This document shows, piece after piece, positions 58,035 to 64,000 of a stretch of 64,000 bases of DNA. Made by a program: the position numbers and the translations under genes. Position 1 is the stretch's first letter; the number at the start of each line of letters is the position of its first letter. The DNA lies in assembly GCF_009914755.1 (NCBI RefSeq), contig NC_060931.1. One strand, given 5' to 3'. A model generated the notes under the pieces. It saw only the letters and a list, made by a program, of their open reading frames with translations, did not search any database and was not told the DNA's origin. Source of the stretch: the human T2T-CHM13v2.0 reference genome, Homo sapiens.

Positions 58035-59389
58035 TATCAGAAGCATGAAAATTATGCTGAAATTTGTGTGGTTCCCATGGGTAAATTTTAAGTAGATCAC
58101 CAGTTCATCTGCAATACCCTACCAGATCTGTTGAAATTCTAGAGTGGCAATTGTATTACCATATGAAACAGGTTCAACACTTGGTCATTTTAGTTTCTTG
58201 AAAGTAGTATCAAAATATAAAGATTTTAAAAGGTAACTAGAGATTGAATTCAAAAATTCAAGAATTGGAGTTATTCCAATAGTGTCTTTCCATAATTCTC
58301 TTCTACTCAGCCTTATTTCACTTTGACAGACCCACCTACTTCTACTTAGTCATTTCTTATCTATCTTTCCTTCTATTTAACCTCTTTTGATTGATGGTAG
58401 AGTTCTAATTTATTTATTGGGGAGTAGGAGAGGGTACAGGAAGAATTATTCTATTGTGAGACAAAGAGAAGGTTTTTATTTTTTTAAGAAGAAAATAACA
58501 ATGACATTATTCTCAAATTGTATTATTCTTTTGAAGTTTTGCCAAGTCACTGAAGTCATCTCTCCATAATTGTATTTAAAAGGATACTATTGCTCATCTA
58601 GGGAGGATTTCCTAGGCAAAGAAATGCTGTCATAATTTTAGGCATATACCATGTTATAGAACCTTATGGAAATAAGTTATAAGTCCAGTGGAATTTTAGA
58701 TAGGGCTTGGATTCTTATGACATCAGGAAATTGGATGATTACATCAAGACCTTTTACCTTCTTGGTCATTGTTCCCAGTATTTAAAGGAGTGACCCTTCC
58801 ACATGTCACTGCTGTAGTATATTGAGTAATCCAAGGAATAATGTGTTTGTTAACACCTTAGAAGGATACTTTTATTTTATTTACCCCAGGTCTTTGTTTT
58901 AAAGGATTATCTTCCTAAAAATTCTCATTCCCTTCATTTGTAGGGTCACTGCCTACATATTAGGTAAAAGAAGCTGAAGCATTTTGATTGATCCCTTGGC
59001 CATGAATTTATACATTCAAGATGTGCTCCTGCTTTGGAATGTTCTATATTGAAAGCTACCTTGACTTTGACTCTAGGCATATTTATTTGTGCATTTCAAA
59101 ATGACCTCTATCCTCCCCTATTTGGCCATTATGGAGGAATTTTAAATTTTGTTTAAGACAAGTAATCAAACACTTTGCTTCTTGGCTTTATCTCCAGCAG
59201 CCAATGCCAATAATGTTGAATGGTATCTGAGTTTCTTGATTCAAGAGTCTGAACCAAGATTCTTGGGGTTTGTATTTATAAAAGGAAACAACTGATTAAA
59301 AAACCCTTTATATGTCTAAATTACATGGGACAGAGTTCTGTTGCTTATACATATAGCTATTTCCTGAAGGTCAATGTGAACCCTAGACT

Positions 59390-59620
59390 AATAACAACTG
59401 CCATTTTATTGAGTATGTATTCAACTGAAAGCACTGTAGCAATCACTCTGCATACAGCATCAAATTTATCTTTACAACAACTCTATAAGGTAGTCATAAT
59501 TAGCCTCCTTTTACAAACAGCAGGACTGAGGGTCAGAAAAGCTAAGTAAGTTGCCTGAGAATAAACAGCTAAAACATTAATAAATTGCAGAGTTGGCCCT
59601 AGTCTGTCTCAATCTTATAT
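59390..59620 (-). mobile_element. MIR
   Basis: ccattttattgagt...tttacaacaactctataaggtag...ctgagggtcagaaaagctaagtaagttgcc. Confidence 0.75.
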
Positions 59621-61168
59621 TAAAATCTGCATTCTTTACTTTGCCACAGTCTGTCGACTGAAATGCAGAAGAAAAAGAAAAATAATGTTCTTGTTGTCAT
59701 TTCTTGTCTTTCTGGTTGCAGTCTTATGAAAGTATAACCAGATGATTTGACTTGCATAAGTTGTAAAACAACATATAAAATAATTTATATTTACACATTG
59801 TGATATTTGTATATGGTTGCTGGCAAATGATGTTACACTATTGAATAAATTACATTTTCCACTGCTTTTTCATCAAGATCAAGTGCCAGAATAAAAAAAC
59901 TGTAGCAATAGTATAGTTTTATAATTTATCCAGTGATAATGACAATTTGAAATGTGACATTCTTTCTAAAATGGCAGATGTTAATACAAAAATTATTAAT
60001 GATGTAGTAGACTATTAATACTGAGGGTTTGGAATTTCACCCTGTCTCCCCACCCAGCTTCTCCAGGGTTATTTCTACCCTTAGTCAGAGCCCTCCCAGA
60101 AACTGTTCACCCACCCCTTGGTGGAGGCCAAGAATAGCATGAAGGTCTTCAGTAACAATGAAAGAAGACCAAGGAACAAGTATGTGGAGGTCATCCAATG
60201 AACCTTATCAATGGGATTTTCAGATGGTGATGTGACTCACAGTTTTAAATAGCGAGATTCAAATTGGCAAGATCCTACCACATTCCTATTGTATGTACTA
60301 GTGCATACCATATATTCACTAGTATTTACTGGTTTAGGCTTGGTGTTTTTCCATGCAGCCTTTTATATGCCTCATCACATTATGGCCAGTGATTCTTTAT
60401 CCCTCCTATCATATACCTCCTCAGAATCCCCTTACTGCTGGCTTCATAGTTCATTCCTTTTCCTGCTGGCTCATTTGGATAGGCTAGCTGCTGAGTCGAT
60501 CAGCATCTTATAGCATGGAGGCAGAATTGCAGAAGGCCTATCAGGCATTAAACAGTTTTGCTTTCTCACTGGCAAAAATAGTCAACACTGTGCCTCTCCT
60601 CATGCAACTTTAACATGTACTTGACTTTTAAGTATGCCATTTAGGAAGCTTTCTTTTTACTATGAATCTTATCTACTTGGAATTATACTTAATTTTTCCA
60701 GGACTGCAGATGAATAAAGAGAGCTTAAGAAGCTACTTTGCTAATGTAATCCATAACTTTGCTACCTAACAAACGTTCGTAACACTATTACATTTATTCT
60801 TTCTGAAAGGGATATTTCTGACATTTTCAAAGTCTGGAAAACATTTATAACTAATGTTGAGATCAGACAGAATTCCATGTGAGGAGATAATTGTGATCTT
60901 TTAATAAAGAGATCTGTTAATTTTGTTTGCTGTTTCCCGACAGAGACGTGGCCTTTTCTACTTCAGAAAATGTTAAATCTTTTTCTGCTTCTCAGGTTTG
61001 TCTCAGATGCATACTAATAAAAATGCAAATTCATGGAACACTTATTTTGTGCCAGGTATGGAATACAACTAGAAAGTTTTAAGTCCATGTGCAGCTTTTA
61101 AAAACGATTGTTCCATCTTTTGGGGCATCGAAAGACTACAAAGTACCTGATTTCAGCTTGCTGAATGA

Positions 61169-61517
<349 letters not shown>

Positions 61518-62309
61518 TGAGAACATTTTAATAGTAATTTTATAGGAGAACTAATTTGAATGCTTCTCATATTCTCAAAAAGAGTGGCCTGGAAAGGATC
61601 TCTGCAAACAATATTTAGTAGGAATTGTTTTAACTGAAAGCAAAATTGCATGTAGAAATCACCTGTGCCAGACTCAAAGTAGCCTGGCTCTGCTTGTGTA
61701 ATGCCTTTCAAATGGGGTAAAATTATGGTTTGCAAAAGTGACACAATAAAATTCAACTTTGATAAAAATTTTTATAGAATGGAATATTCTCATTAAATTA
61801 GATGTTGTAGGTAAGTCATACTTAAGCAGAAAGCTTTTTGTTGCCATTATTATTGAAAAACTTACAAAAATCAATGCATACCCTTCTTCAGTAAATAGGG
61901 TATCGTGATTACAACTGATGTCATATTTGCCAGGAGCCACAAACTCAAACATCTGCAGGGCCAGGTAAGAAAGATAAGCAAGTGACATAGGTCAAGGAAA
62001 GCACATCCAAGAGCATATCTTGCCTTTAGGAAAGGCCTCCAAATCTCTCTTATTAAGCAGTCATTTGTTAAAAACTGTCTTTTCTTGAGCAGACCTATGG
62101 TGTTTGTCTCTTTATGTTCAGTTAACAGCATTCAACATTCCAGTGAAATGTAGATATTGCTTTACTTCTACTTTATAAATGAGGAGGGAAAAAGGTGCTA
62201 AAGAGATCAGCATCTTGTCTGGAATCACACACCCTTATATAGCAGTGTCCATAGTAGACTTTAAGCTGTTTGACATGAACCGCTACTCATCATTGGTCTT
62301 AATAATTAC

Positions 62310-62502
62310 AGAACAGTAAGTGAAGGCTTTACGAAGTTAACCTATTTAATCTCCACCATCTGAGTGGTAGATACTAGTGTTTATACCTGCTTTATACCTA
62401 TGGAAACTGAATCCCAGCAAGGTTCAGACAGCTGCCCAGTGTCACATAGCTAGTAGTCGCAGAGCCAGAAGTTGAAGCCCAGATGATCTGTTTTCAGAGC
62501 CC
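62310..62502 (-). mobile_element. MIR
   Basis: ggaaactgaatcccag...tgcccagtgtcacatagctagtagt...agagccagaa. Confidence 0.78.
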
Positions 62503-62511
62503 CTGCTGGTG

Positions 62512-62730
62512 GTGTGGTTCTCAACTGGAGTGATTTTACCCTCCAGAGGACAATTTCATCAAGTTATGACATTTTGACTGTCATAACTGTGGAAAGAGGG
62601 TGCTACTGGCACCTGTTGTGTTGAGACCAGGGTGCTGTTAAACATCCTACAATGCACAGGACAGCCCCTTTGTCAAATAAAAAATATATCCAGCCCAAAC
62701 TGTCAATAGCACTACTCTTGAGAAACCCTG
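62512..62730 (+). mobile_element. MER20 hAT MITE, full length
   Basis: gtggttctcaac...tgctactggca...aaacatcctacaatgcacaggacagcccc...ttgagaaaccctg. Confidence 0.92.
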
Positions 62731-63591
62731 GTCTATGCAGTTATCACAGTGCAACTATGTAGATACAAAATTAACTATCAGGACAGATGTTGACTGACAC
62801 ATCATTGAAAGTTTCATCTCTAAATAAATGTCTGCTATCTGATTACTTCTATGCTATTTGCCTCTTTCCTCTAAAAAGTCACGCAGATAAAAGGTTTTTA
62901 TTTAAGTTGTTTGGTTTTTATATCTTATTACAATATTCCATACTATAAATTCTATATTCTATTATAAAAATTTATATTATGGATCTCACTTGTATAAAGA
63001 GAATCTTAAATGCTTTTTTATCCACGTAGATATACACATTATTAAAATTCTCCCATACATCTGTACACAGTTATCTCTTTACCCAAAATTGCCCCCAATG
63101 AATCTTTCTTACCTCTTCTTTCCTTCTGACATTTATAAGTTACTTCCCACAGCCTTAATTACTTAGCAGCTGTCTTGGCACATTGCTTTCCTTCTCCCTT
63201 TTGCCCCTGAAGTGCTTGTTATCTCTATTAATTATTTTCAGAGTTTACAGAAACAATATGTAATGGGTTAGACAGAGAGGGAGTTGGAGTTCAGGAGCAG
63301 TGATGTCACCAGAACAGGAGAGTTGGCTGAGAGGGAGCGTGTCTCCTGCTAGTGAAATAAAAGATAAAATACTTTTTTGAAGATAGGCTGCTTCATGAAG
63401 GAAAGGGGAAGGGGCTTAGGCAATGGTCATTAATCCACAGGTCTTCTGTCAACAGTGGTTTATTTAAACATCTGTTATACATTTGTAATTTTTAAATATC
63501 TGCCTTGAGATACTTGGAATTTTCTTTTAAAAGAGATTTCTCTCTAGGGCTCAAAAAATCTGTTTTTGTAGGCTTGAAAATTCGACTAATC

Positions 63592-64000
63592 TTTTTTTTT
63601 CTTTTTTTTATTATACTTTAAGTTCTGGGATACATATGCAGAATGTGCAGGTTTGTTACCTATGTATACACGTGCCATGGTGGTTTGCTGTAACCATCAA
63701 CCCATCATCTACATTAGGTATTTCTCCTAATGTTATCCCTCCTCTAGCCCCCCAACCCCTGACAGGCCCTGGTGTATGATGTTCCCCTCCCTGTGTCCAT
63801 GTGTTCTCATTGTTCATCTCCCACTTATGAGTGAGAACATGCGGTGTTTGTTTTTCTGTTTTCCTTTGTTAGTTTGCTGAGAATGATGGTTTCCAGCTTT
63901 ATCCATGTCCCTGCAAAGGACATGAACTCACCCTTTTTTATGGCTTCATAGTATTCCGTGTTGTATATGTGCCACATTTTCTTTATCCAGTCTATCATTG
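63592..64000 (-). mobile_element. L1PA (about L1PA7/8) 3' end, runs off the window
   Basis: ttattatactttaagttctgggatacat...gccatggtggtttgctg...cccacttatgagtgagaacatgcgg. Confidence 0.95.

Overview
Primate (almost certainly human) genomic DNA holding the 5' part of ITGB8 (integrin beta-8) on the + strand. It contains a CpG-island promoter (~5.1-7.1 kb) and coding exons 1-6: 6752-6878, 38581-38666, 41956-42130, 53996-54242, 55613-55778 and 56674-56832. These splice through GT-AG junctions into one open 960-nt frame (aa 1-320: signal peptide, PSI, hybrid start, most of the beta-I domain with the MIDAS DVSAS); later exons lie beyond the window. Minus-strand splice and polyA signals across the promoter fit the antisense lncRNA ITGB8-AS1. 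The rest is intron rich in Alu, L1, L2, MIR, MaLR/ERVL LTRs and DNA-transposon relics (MADE1, MER20, MER5, hAT). Most other ORFs in the track are repeat- or GC-derived noise. I see no wholly new gene system. The best leads are post-transcriptional: a perfect in-frame alternative donor 90 nt into intron 1, tandem 3-nt splice sites at the signal-peptide junction, a chain of five uORFs, a recursive-splice-like site in the 31.7-kb intron 1, a MADE1 hairpin with a compensated base pair, and several local duplications or rearrangements. Boundaries of old repeats are approximate and subfamily names come from recalled consensus sequences.
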